A DNA stretch of 64,000 bases, taken from assembly GCA_024276465.1 (NCBI GenBank), contig JAJRXD010000065.1:562-64561 (forward strand). Reading direction: 5' to 3'. Position numbers and translations under genes: made by a program. Below are positions 9,725 through 18,907 of the stretch, piece after piece (within the stretch, counting starts at the first letter, position 1; each line of letters begins with the position of its first letter). This DNA comes from Deltaproteobacteria bacterium. Its GTDB lineage: Bacteria; Desulfobacterota; WTBG01; CAIYCZ01; CAIRTM01. Under the pieces are notes generated by a model. It saw nothing but the letters and a program-made list of their open reading frames with translations, made no database searches and was not told the origin of the DNA.

Positions 9725-12649
9725 TCAGGCCCCGCAGCATTTTTTATATTTCTTTCCGCTTCCGCAGGGACATGGTTCATTCCTGCCCACCTTCTTTTCC
9801 TTTCTTACAACAGGTTTTTTATCCTGTGATGCTTCACCCCTGCTCAGGACAAACTGCTGGGGCTGATCCGGTTCCCGGATCTCCTCCTGCTGAGCCATCT
9901 GAACCTTGAATATTTTTTCAATAAAGTCATCTTTTATTTTTTCAACCAGTTTTGAAAAAAGATCATAAGCTTCTTTCTGGTATTCTCTGAGAGGATCCTG
10001 CTGGGCATATCCCCTCAGCCCTATGCCCTCCCTAAGGTGGTCAAGGTCAAGCAGGTGATCTTTCCATATCTCGTCCAGCACACGCAGGTAAATCCATTTT
10101 TCGATCTGATGAAGAGTCTCGTATCCGAACTTCTGCTCCCTGTTTTTATATGTCTTTAATATTTCATCCAGCACATACTGCTCCAGTTCCTCGACCTTGT
10201 ATTTGAGCAGTTCATCGGCTGAAAGCCATATTGCAGTTGCAAACTGCATCAGGATTGCCTCTTTAAACCCCTTGATGTCGATCTCATCAGGTGGAATATC
10301 TTCCCTGAAAAAATTAAACACTATATCACCGGAAATTTCTTTAATGTACTCCTTTACAAGCTCTTCCAGAGACTCGTCACGCAAAGCCCTGTTACGGAGC
10401 TTATAAATTATTTCCCTCTGTTTATTCATAACATCATCATATTCCAGAAGATGCTTTCGTATTTCAAAGTTATGACCTTCAACCCTTGACTGGGCGTTTT
10501 CTATTGCCCTGGTGATAAGCTTATGTTCTATAGGTTCTCCCTCTTCCATGCCAAAACGATCCATAATGTTTGAAATTTTTTCAGCTCCGAAAATTCTCAA
10601 CAGATCGTCCTCAAGAGACAGGAAAAATTTTGAGGAACCGGGATCTCCCTGCCGGGCTGCACGACCTCTTAACTGACGGTCAATTCTTCGCGAATCATGC
10701 CTTTCTGTTCCGACAATATGAAGTCCGCACGGAATCTCTTTATAACACTCTTTTTTCTTCCTGCCTTTTTTTTGAGAGTCAGGACAACTGCTGCACCCCT
10801 CACTTTCTTCAATTTCACAGTCAATGCAGCACTGCCGGCATTTTATAACACCCGGTCCTAACTTTATATCTGTTCCCCTGCCAGCCATGTTTGTGGCAAT
10901 TGTCACTGCCCCGGCCTGCCCTGCATTTTCAACTATTGCGGCTTCTTCCATGTGTCTTTTAGCGTTTAGCACTGAATGCTTTATTCTTTTAGGGATCATG
11001 CGGCTCAAAAGTTCGGATGTTTCAACTGAAACCGTTCCCACAAGAACAGGCCGTCCCATTTCATTCATCTTTTCAATCTCTTTTATTACTGCCTTGTATT
11101 TTTCCTTTTTTGTCTTGTATACAACATCAGAAAAATCAATTCTTCTGACAGGTTTGTTTGTCGGGATTACCATAACGGAAAGTTTGTATATTTTCAGAAA
11201 TTCAGGGGATTCAGTTTCAGCTGTTCCTGTCATGCCTGCCAGTTTTTTATACATCCGGAAATAATTCTGAATGGTTATTGCAGCCAGAGTCTGTGTCTCA
11301 CCTTCAATGCGCACACCCTCCTTTGCCTCGATTGCCTGATGAAGCCCGTCACTGTAACGACGGCCAGGCAGCAGGCGTCCTGTAAACTCATCTACAATCT
11401 GCACCTGACCTTCATTAACCACATAATTTACATCTTTTTCAAAAAGCGAATAAGCCTTTAGAAGCTGGGAAACATTCTGCAGTTTTTCACTTTTTTCTGA
11501 AAACTCTTTTTCAAGTTTATGCTGTTTCTCCAGTCGTTCTTCTTCCGGAACACTATCGTATCCATCAGCCATGCTCAAATCAGGCAAAACAAAAAAATCA
11601 CTGTCATTAGGTGCCAGAGCTGTACGTCCTTTATCAGTCAGGTCAATTGTATGTGATTTTTCATCAATACTGAAATACAACTCCGAATCAAGATCCCCTA
11701 ATTTTTTATCCCTCATATAGTCAATTTCAACCTGGTCAATCAGTTTTTTCAGTTTCCCATCCTTTATCATCTTTAAAAATCTTTTGTTTTTAGGGCTACC
11801 CCTTTTTACCTGCAGGAGCTTTACCCCTGCTTCATACTCTTTATCTTCTGACAGCAGGTTTTCGCTTTCTTTAAGAAGCTGACTGACCAGACTGTTTTGA
11901 CTTCTGATTAATTTCTCAACATTTCCCTTGAAATGAGTAAAATAATGGTGGCCTGTTCTTTCAACAGGGCCTGATATAATAAGTGGGGTTCTTGCTTCAT
12001 CAATAAGGATGCTGTCCACCTCGTCAACTATTGCAAAACTGTGGATTCTCTGAACCTGTAATTCAGAATCAATTGCCATATTGTCTCTGAGGTAGTCAAA
12101 ACCGAACTCTGTATTTGTCCCATAGGTAATGTCAGCACCATATGCTTTTTTCCGCTCTTCCTGCGGGATGGAATGGTGAATAACATCAACGGTCAAACCT
12201 AAAAACTCATAGACTTTTCCCATCCACTCCCGGTCTCTTTTGGCAAGATAGTCATTGACTGTTACAATGTGCACACCATTACCTGTCAGGCCGTTAAGAT
12301 AAGCGGGGAGTGTAGCAACAAGGGTTTTTCCTTCGCCGGTTGCCATTTCAGCAATCTTACCCTGATGCAAAACTATGCCACCAATCATCTGAACATCAAA
12401 ATGGCGCATTTCAAGAACTCTTTTTGAAACTTCTCTTACACATGCAAAGGCTTCGGGCAGGATATCATCAAGACTTTCATTGTTATCAATGCGGTTTCGA
12501 AAATCCCCTGTCAAAGCCCTCAGCTCATCATCGTCTTTTTTGGCCATTGCAGGTTCAAGTTCATTAATATGGTTTAAAAGGGGTTGAAGTTTCTTTATCT
12601 CCCTTTCTGTCTCTGTTCCGAATATTTTTTTAATTACTGAGCCTATCAA
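9725..12649 (-). CDS. secA: Preprotein translocase ATPase SecA
   Basis: MATGEGKT, VDEVDSILIDEARTPLIISG, ATNMAGRGTDI, C-terminal CPCGSGKKYKKCC. TTG start. Confidence 0.99.
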   Translation of the reverse strand: MIGSVIKKIFGTETEREIKKLQPLLNHINELEPAMAKKDDDELRALTGDFRNRIDNNESLDDILPEAFACVREVSKRVLEMRHFDVQMIGGIVLHQGKIAEMATGEGKTLVATLPAYLNGLTGNGVHIVTVNDYLAKRDREWMGKVYEFLGLTVDVIHHSIPQEERKKAYGADITYGTNTEFGFDYLRDNMAIDSELQVQRIHSFAIVDEVDSILIDEARTPLIISGPVERTGHHYFTHFKGNVEKLIRSQNSLVSQLLKESENLLSEDKEYEAGVKLLQVKRGSPKNKRFLKMIKDGKLKKLIDQVEIDYMRDKKLGDLDSELYFSIDEKSHTIDLTDKGRTALAPNDSDFFVLPDLSMADGYDSVPEEERLEKQHKLEKEFSEKSEKLQNVSQLLKAYSLFEKDVNYVVNEGQVQIVDEFTGRLLPGRRYSDGLHQAIEAKEGVRIEGETQTLAAITIQNYFRMYKKLAGMTGTAETESPEFLKIYKLSVMVIPTNKPVRRIDFSDVVYKTKKEKYKAVIKEIEKMNEMGRPVLVGTVSVETSELLSRMIPKRIKHSVLNAKRHMEEAAIVENAGQAGAVTIATNMAGRGTDIKLGPGVIKCRQCCIDCEIEESEGCSSCPDSQKKGRKKKECYKEIPCGLHIVGTERHDSRRIDRQLRGRAARQGDPGSSKFFLSLEDDLLRIFGAEKISNIMDRFGMEEGEPIEHKLITRAIENAQSRVEGHNFEIRKHLLEYDDVMNKQREIIYKLRNRALRDESLEELVKEYIKEISGDIVFNFFREDIPPDEIDIKGFKEAILMQFATAIWLSADELLKYKVEELEQYVLDEILKTYKNREQKFGYETLHQIEKWIYLRVLDEIWKDHLLDLDHLREGIGLRGYAQQDPLREYQKEAYDLFSKLVEKIKDDFIEKIFKVQMAQQEEIREPDQPQQFVLSRGEASQDKKPVVRKEKKVGRNEPCPCGSGKKYKKCCGA

Positions 12650-12738
12650 ACCTTTTCTCCTTTTAATGAAAACAGCCTGGTAAAAGAATCCGTTTACTGC
12701 CTTAATGTCATGTCACGGATAAAATGACTTTTGACTTT

Positions 12739-13413
12739 TTACGACTTCATCTTTTCTGAAAGCTGTATATTGTGCATCAATTCTGCAATTCTCTCAGGAT
12801 CCTTGCGCCCTGGTGTTTTTTCAACCCCGCTGCTTAAATCTATGCCGTAGGGTTGAACTGCATTAATGGCTTCAACCGCATTTGCAGGTGTAATTCCACC
12901 TGCAAGAACAATTGGAACAGGGGAAGAGTCAACAATCCTGGCAGCTGCAGACCAGTCACATGTTTGCCCTGTACCTCCTTTTTTTTTACCAACCATTGTA
13001 TCAAGAACAACAACATCCACCCCTGAAGTATGATATTTTTCAATACTACAGTGCAGGTCTTTAATAGAATTATCTCCACAACTGTTTTGAGGCAGGTGAA
13101 CTGTTTTCCATACAGCACACCCTGTTCTGTTTTTAAGTTGTTTAATATCAGTTAAAGAGCACCCCCCAACTATCTGAACCCCGTGGGGCTTAACCTTTAA
13201 AGCGGTTGTCTCTATTTCATTTAATGTTTTTTCCATAAGGACAATTACGGGAACAGATGAAGCATTTATAATGTCTGACGCTGTTTCAATGGATACGCAG
13301 CGGGGGGAGTATTCGATATCTATAATAACGCCAATGAGGTCAGCTCCGGATTCAGCTGCAATCCCTGCATCTTCAATATTTGTAATGCCGCATATTTTAA
13401 CGCAAGTTTTCAA
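12739..13413 (-). CDS. trpF: Phosphoribosylanthranilate isomerase
   Basis: VKICGIT, SPRCVS, GGTGQTCDW, LAGGIT, IDLSSGVE motifs. Confidence 0.93.
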   Translation of the reverse strand: MKTCVKICGITNIEDAGIAAESGADLIGVIIDIEYSPRCVSIETASDIINASSVPVIVLMEKTLNEIETTALKVKPHGVQIVGGCSLTDIKQLKNRTGCAVWKTVHLPQNSCGDNSIKDLHCSIEKYHTSGVDVVVLDTMVGKKKGGTGQTCDWSAAARIVDSSPVPIVLAGGITPANAVEAINAVQPYGIDLSSGVEKTPGRKDPERIAELMHNIQLSEKMKS

Positions 13414-13417
13414 ACCC

Positions 13418-14011
13418 TTATGCTTTTTTCATGAAGAAGGTTTTAATGTCCTTTACTATTTTCTGCAGTGCATCATCAAAATTTTCAGATTTTTTACTGT
13501 GGCACAACTTCAGCAGGATTGTTTTTGAGTCCTCATCAAATATGACAATCTCAATTTCAATGTGGGGACAGCTGTCTAAAGAAGAGGAAAACAGATCAAC
13601 AAATTCCTTTTCAGGTTTCATTTCCACTATTGCTGCCATAACTCCTGCAGCAACTGTTCTGCCTTCCATGGCTTCCGGTACTCTGAAAATATCCTGCAGT
13701 ACCTCCTGCATTTTTTTCTCTGCCAGTACATTGTCAACCATGCTGAAATTTTTCAGAGGATACACTTTAAATGATCTGCAGTTGTCAAGCCTGAACCCTT
13801 TTTTCATCCATATCCATGAAACAGTATCATCTTCCTGCATCCCGCTGTAATCCGATATAAGCCTTTTAGGCATTTCTATCATATTTGCTGTTGCATGTTT
13901 TACAGGCTGTTGTTTACCATTTGTCTCTTTAGCGCAACCATGCAGGAATAAAAAGAATGTTGCAAAGATAATAGATAACGGGTAAAACACAATTAGAATA
14001 TTTTTTTTCAT
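13418..14011 (-). CDS. Hypothetical lipoprotein
   Basis: Signal peptide with lipobox LHGC, 197 aa, 4 nt from the trpF start. Confidence 0.7.
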   Translation of the reverse strand: MKKNILIVFYPLSIIFATFFLFLHGCAKETNGKQQPVKHATANMIEMPKRLISDYSGMQEDDTVSWIWMKKGFRLDNCRSFKVYPLKNFSMVDNVLAEKKMQEVLQDIFRVPEAMEGRTVAAGVMAAIVEMKPEKEFVDLFSSSLDSCPHIEIEIVIFDEDSKTILLKLCHSKKSENFDDALQKIVKDIKTFFMKKA

Positions 14012-14133
14012 GATATTGTATATTAGTTACATATTAGATATTGAGTAAAAGGGATGATCGGCTGTCTAACCGGTGCATCCTGGTCGTTGTTTTTTGGTAT
14101 TTTTGAAACGTGCTTTTAAACCCCACACAAAGG

Positions 14134-14260
14134 GACTGTGTCATAATGGGCTTTTGGTAGCCGCAAACTTCAGTTTGCGTCTTTGAGCCCATGCAATTTC
14201 AATATGTCACGCCCCGCAAGCAGGACGGCTACCCAACTCTTGCATAATTGCGACACAGTC
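14134..14260. repeat. MITE-like element with an internal REP-like doublet
   Basis: TIRs GACTGTGTCATAAT / ATTGCGACACAGTC. Internal GTAGCCGCAAACTTCAGTTTGCG hairpin with an inverted ...GGCTAC partner. The same end recurs at 6937-6955 (19/19) and, degenerate, at 44013-44027. Confidence 0.7.
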
Positions 14261-14439
14261 TGGAAAGCAGGGGCTTTTGTGGCTTAACCCGTAAAATCGG
14301 TTAAAATGCCTATTTTTCAATAGGTTGGAACTTCATCAAGTCATAAAGCAATTTGGTAAGGATAACTAAAAACAGCAGCAAGGTCAATAAATTATATTTA
14401 AAAATCCTTTTAACTTGCTTGAATTTAAGTTATATTTTT

Positions 14440-14578
14440 GATGGCTTCCTGAATCCCGCCAGACGGGACAGCGTTGCGCTGAATCCTTTCCCGGCATTAA
14501 TCGGGACAACGTACAGTAAGTATGACTCATCCTGGAGGATTTGCGCGCCCCTGAATTTGAAGCTTTTTACTTTGCCGG
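14440..14578. repeat. Degenerate MITE-like structured repeat upstream of the TPR-mglA operon
   Basis: Ends GATGGCTTC ... GAAGCTTTTTACTTTGCCG, internal stem GCGCTGAATCCT/AGGATTTGCGC and two small CCCG..CGGGA hairpins. From memory it resembles the GTAAAAAG-ended repeats of deltaproteobacterial genomes. Confidence 0.45.
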
Positions 14579-14640
14579 AGAATTTTTACTTCTTACAAAA
14601 TCGTAATTTTTGAACCATAAATTTAACTTTCAAGTGTAAA

Positions 14641-15734
14641 ATGAAGTTTTCTTTTTTTAAAAGGCAGTCTCAGGAAAAACAATTTCAGAAGATACTGGAA
14701 AAGTATCACAAAGCTGCTGAACAAAACCCCGGTGATATTCGAGTTCACATAAAAATTGCAGAACTGTATCTGGAGAACAACAAAAAAGACAAAGCTGTTG
14801 AGGAGTACATGATTGCTGCCAGGGCTTACCAGGATAAACGACTCTTTCAGATAGCTGTTGCAATTTATAAACATGTTATTTCAACTGTTCCTGATAAGGT
14901 TGATGTTTATTCTGAACTTGCTGATCTGCACTTGAGAAATGGTTTTATTGGTGACTGTGTTGCGGTTCTGGAAAAGCTGGCCAACTATTATTATGATAAT
15001 GACATGAGATACGAAGCAACCAATGTTCTTAAAAAAATCAGCAGGATTGACCCGGAGAACAAATTTTTCAAAATTAAGGTGGCAAAATTCTATGAAACCA
15101 AAGACCTGTCCGAAGAGGAAACCCTGAAACAGGGGCCAAAGGACAAATGGGATCTCACTGACAAAAAAATGATACGCAACCTTTCAATGAAACTCCATCA
15201 AAAGGGTTTTTTGACCTGGAGGCTGCTCTGCAGGATGATGTTTCAATCAGCATTTCAACTGTTTCAGATGAAGATGAGCCTGAAATGTCACAGCCTCCTG
15301 CCAGCGGCATGACCCCTGATTCAGTTTTCAGTGAACTGCAGACAATTATGGAATCTGAATCCGACAAAGATAACCCGCAGTATCATTATAATTTAGGCCT
15401 GGCATTCCAGCGCTGTAATAAAACAGAAGAGGCCCTGGATGAATTTCAAAAGGCATTTGACGGCCTGGAAAGTAAAGTTGACTGCTGTATAAGGATGGCA
15501 GAGTGCAACATGGCATTGAACAGATTTGATGAAGCACAGAACTTAATAAAAAAGGGTCTGGGCGTTGCTTCTTTATCAGATGAGGAAAAACTGGAACTGA
15601 ATTACCAGTCGGGCCTGATATATAAAGCAAAAGGCGAAATCCAGAAAGCCCTGAAACTCTTCAGGCAGATACATGCTCTGGACAAGAACTTCAAATCTGT
15701 CAGTATGGAAATCAAGAAACTTTCACAACAATAA
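14641..15734 (+). CDS. TPR protein (compact SgmX-like), split by a frameshift in an A7 run
   Basis: N-terminal TPRs. One extra A in the run at 15163-15169 joins ...DLTDKKN-DTQPFNETPSKGFFDLEAAL... to the C-terminal TPRs (HYNLGLAF, YQSGLIYK) of ORF 15285-15734. Confidence 0.75.
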
Positions 15735-15754
15735 AAAAGAGGTTAAAAGAAGAT

Positions 15755-17026
15755 ATGGCTGTTTTTAATGCTGCAAAAAGAGAAATAGATATAAAAATCG
15801 TGTATTACGGCCCGGCTTTATGTGGCAAGACAACAAATGTACAATGTATCCACAACAAGCTCAGCCCGGATCAGCGTGGTGATATTATGTCTCTTGCCAC
15901 CAAAGATGACAGAACACTGTTTTTTGATTTTCTTCCCATAGAGCTGGGAAACATAAAAGGTTTTAAAACCCGTTTCCATATTTATACAGTACCCGGCCAG
16001 GTATACTATTCACTCACAAGAAGGGCTGTTCTGACAGGCATTGACGGGATTATTTTTGTGGCAGACTCTCAAAACAACAAAATGGAGGAAAACACCGAAA
16101 GTCTGAAGGATCTGGTTGAAAACTTAAAATATTATAAAAAAGACCTTACCACAGTTCCTTTGATCTTTCAGTATAACAAAAGAGATCTTGACAATATTCT
16201 GTCTGTTGAAGAACTGAACGATTCTCTGAACATGCTCAGTGTGCCTTATTTTGAAGCAAGTGCAATTCAGGGCACTGGCATTGTGGAAACCCTGACTGAG
16301 TGCTGCAAGCTGGTGTTGAAGCAAATGAACAGATCATCAGAAAAGAAAAAGAGCCCTCAACAGCCTTTACAAAGCATGTCTGAAGGGGACAATGAGAGTT
16401 TTGAACCCATTATAAAAATTACCAGCGAAGATATCCCCGCAACACAGGATCAGTGCCTGTCATCTGAAGCACAGAACAGTGAAAACACTCCTCAACAGCC
16501 CTCTGTTGAGTCACTTAGTCTGGAAGAACCGAAAATTTCCCACACCATGGAACCAGAGATAAAAATTGATTCTTCAGATATTTCTTCTGACACAAATGAA
16601 TCCGCCATACCTGCTGAAGAAATATCTCTGCAAGAGGATATCCCGTCCCTGAAATTTGAAAATGAGCAGGAAGACATATCTGTTTCAGAACCTGAAATAT
16701 CCCTGGATCCCCCCTCTGTTGAAATTCAGGATGAACCTGAAATATCCCTGGATTCCCCTTCTGTTGAAATTCAGAATGAACCTGAAATATCCCTGGATTC
16801 CCCTTCTGTTGAAATTCAGAATGAACCTGAAATATCCCTGGATTCCCCTTCTGTTGAAATTCAGGATGAACCTGAAACAGGCTTCAGGATAATTTCATGT
16901 GGACATCCACAAAAGGATTCCAACACATCCATAAAAATTCCGATCATTTTTAAAATTGACCAGGTGGAAGGGGAATGTATGGTTAATCTATGCATTACAT
17001 TTGATGATTTTAAACTGAAAAGGTAA
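15755..17026 (+). CDS. mglA: MglA-family small GTPase with a long acidic repeat-containing C-terminal extension
   Basis: KIVYYGPALCGKTTN, DRTLFFDFLP, YTVPGQVYY, QYNKRDL, EASA motifs, followed by about 230 extra residues. Confidence 0.9.
   Translation: MAVFNAAKREIDIKIVYYGPALCGKTTNVQCIHNKLSPDQRGDIMSLATKDDRTLFFDFLPIELGNIKGFKTRFHIYTVPGQVYYSLTRRAVLTGIDGIIFVADSQNNKMEENTESLKDLVENLKYYKKDLTTVPLIFQYNKRDLDNILSVEELNDSLNMLSVPYFEASAIQGTGIVETLTECCKLVLKQMNRSSEKKKSPQQPLQSMSEGDNESFEPIIKITSEDIPATQDQCLSSEAQNSENTPQQPSVESLSLEEPKISHTMEPEIKIDSSDISSDTNESAIPAEEISLQEDIPSLKFENEQEDISVSEPEISLDPPSVEIQDEPEISLDSPSVEIQNEPEISLDSPSVEIQNEPEISLDSPSVEIQDEPETGFRIISCGHPQKDSNTSIKIPIIFKIDQVEGECMVNLCITFDDFKLKR
16688..16877 (+). repeat. 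45-bp in-frame tandem repeat, 4 copies plus a partial
   Basis: The unit GAACCTGAAATATCCCTGGATTCCCCTTCTGTTGAAATTCAG(A/G)AT encodes EPEISLD(S/P)PSVEIQ(N/D). Confidence 0.97.
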
Positions 17027-17044
17027 TCCTGTTAATAATATAAA

Positions 17045-18904
17045 ATGAAAATTTCTTTTTATGGCATTCCCCATGTTCTTTTAGCCTTCCTTGCTGTCAT
17101 AGTCTTCAAAGGGTCACATCCCGGCGTTGAAGCATACATTAACCATGTGTCACTTAATAATTTAAAAAACCCTCAAAAACTTGCACCATTTTTAGAAAGG
17201 GTTTACCAGAAAACCCTGGACAGCGGCATAACGAACTTCACCCCTTACGCTCTCATGCTTATAAAAGAATCCCAAAAAGCTCTTGGAGAAAAAGATCTGA
17301 AAAAAGCGGAACTTTTTTCAGAATATGCAGGGAAGCTTGCACCAGATCTTCCCCCCGTAAGTAACACAAAAGCACTGGTGCAATGGAGCAAAAATAAAAT
17401 TCTTGTTCACCGGCTTATCCAGGGTTATGTGAAAGCCTTTATAAAAGAGTTGCAGCACCTTGAATCTCTTTCTTTTATGCTGTTTGCAAGCCTGTTGACT
17501 GTTGCCGTGGCATTTCTGCTGACAATTTGCGTTTTCACAGCAATATCCATGATAAAATATTTTACTTTGGCATTTCATGATTTGAGGCATATTGTTACAA
17601 AGGCTGTTCCGGACAAAGCTCTCTGGGGAATGCTGCTGATTGTTTTTTTTCTTCCGGTGTTTCTGGGTTTCTCTGTTTTGCCTGTTTGCATCTACTGGCT
17701 CATTCTGCTTTTCAGTTATCACAGTAAAAAGGAACGGTTAATAATAACAGGGGCTTTTTTACTGTTTTCTCTTATGCCGCTTGTTATCTCCGGATCATGT
17801 TTCAGCCTGTATATATCCCGGTCTGATGTTATTCAACTTTTATGGAAAGCAAACCATGGCTATTGGGACCAAACGGTCATGGAAAAGCTTGAAAAGTACA
17901 GTGAAGAACATCCTGAAGATCAGGATGTTCTTTTTAGCGCAGGTCTGCTGCACAAAAAAGAGATGAATTACAGAACATCCAGAAAATATTATGACAAGCT
18001 GATTGGTATTAACCCCGGTTTTTATAAAGCCTATATTAACCTCGGTAATGTCTGTCTCGCTACAGAAAACTGGGATGAAGCTGTTGAGAAATACAAAACC
18101 GCAATTTCTATTAAACCTTCCTTGAGTGCAGCTGCTCATTTTAATCTTACAAGGGCTTATCAGCAAAAATTTATGTTCAGGGAGGCTGAAGAAGAGCTGG
18201 CAAAGGCCAAGAAAATCGATAGCAGCAGAATAGACAGCTATCTTAAGATCTATTCTGAAAACTATAATCGTCTTCTCATGGATGAAACAATCTCGAAAAA
18301 AAGGCTTTGGAACAAGGGCTATCTTTTATTCAGAGAAAACAATGACATGGTAAATGGATGCTGGGACCTTTTATTCAGGGGCATCCCGTTCAAATATGCC
18401 ACTGCAGTGGTTCTTTGTTTATTACTTTTAATGCTTATTCTTTCAAGAAACGACAAATTACGGGTAGCAATAAAATGCAAAACCTGCGGCAGATCTATCT
18501 GCAAAAGATGCCAGAGGAATATCTCCGGGGATGTCAAGTGTTATCAGTGCATTAATATATCATCACATCAGGAGGGCAGTGACTACAGGTTAATGGAAAA
18601 CCAGAAAATAAAAGTAAAAAAATATTTAAAGCGTTTCAATAACATTGGAGCTGCTCTAACCCTGTTATTGCCGGGTGCAGGCCATCTGTGGAATGGACAC
18701 ACTGCAAGGGGAATAATTTACCTTTTACTGTTTTGCTTTTTTGCTGTAAAACTTATTGCTGTTGTTCTGCTTGAAGGCCCATGGGAATTTGTAGTCACAG
18801 GCAAAATGACTGAAATAATAATTCTGCTGTTTTTACTGCTTTTCTTCTGGTTAATGTCTGTAATAGATACATTTAAAAACAGAAAAGTCCTGGGGGCTAA
18901 TTAA
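17045..18904 (+). CDS. Polytopic membrane protein with TPRs and a Cys-rich Zn-finger-like segment
   Basis: Several hydrophobic helices, TPRs (AYINLGNV, AAHFNLTRAY), CKTC..ICKRC...CYQC, and a C-terminal LLLPGAGHL membrane segment. Confidence 0.8.
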   Translation: MKISFYGIPHVLLAFLAVIVFKGSHPGVEAYINHVSLNNLKNPQKLAPFLERVYQKTLDSGITNFTPYALMLIKESQKALGEKDLKKAELFSEYAGKLAPDLPPVSNTKALVQWSKNKILVHRLIQGYVKAFIKELQHLESLSFMLFASLLTVAVAFLLTICVFTAISMIKYFTLAFHDLRHIVTKAVPDKALWGMLLIVFFLPVFLGFSVLPVCIYWLILLFSYHSKKERLIITGAFLLFSLMPLVISGSCFSLYISRSDVIQLLWKANHGYWDQTVMEKLEKYSEEHPEDQDVLFSAGLLHKKEMNYRTSRKYYDKLIGINPGFYKAYINLGNVCLATENWDEAVEKYKTAISIKPSLSAAAHFNLTRAYQQKFMFREAEEELAKAKKIDSSRIDSYLKIYSENYNRLLMDETISKKRLWNKGYLLFRENNDMVNGCWDLLFRGIPFKYATAVVLCLLLLMLILSRNDKLRVAIKCKTCGRSICKRCQRNISGDVKCYQCINISSHQEGSDYRLMENQKIKVKKYLKRFNNIGAALTLLLPGAGHLWNGHTARGIIYLLLFCFFAVKLIAVVLLEGPWEFVVTGKMTEIIILLFLLLFFWLMSVIDTFKNRKVLGAN

Positions 18905-18907
18905 AAT

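Noticed and set aside
14440-14570. Possible riboswitch or sRNA (two CTGAATCC motifs reminiscent of the c-di-AMP ydaO aptamer) in the leader of the TPR-mglA operon
   Set aside because: It lacks the GGAACC and CCCGACAGCTAAC core of ydaO and the GEMM and SRP signatures. The ends and internal words fit a decayed MITE with REP-like hairpins better.
16688-16877. CRISPR-like array
   Set aside because: The units are contiguous with no unique spacers, in frame within mglA, and there are no cas genes.
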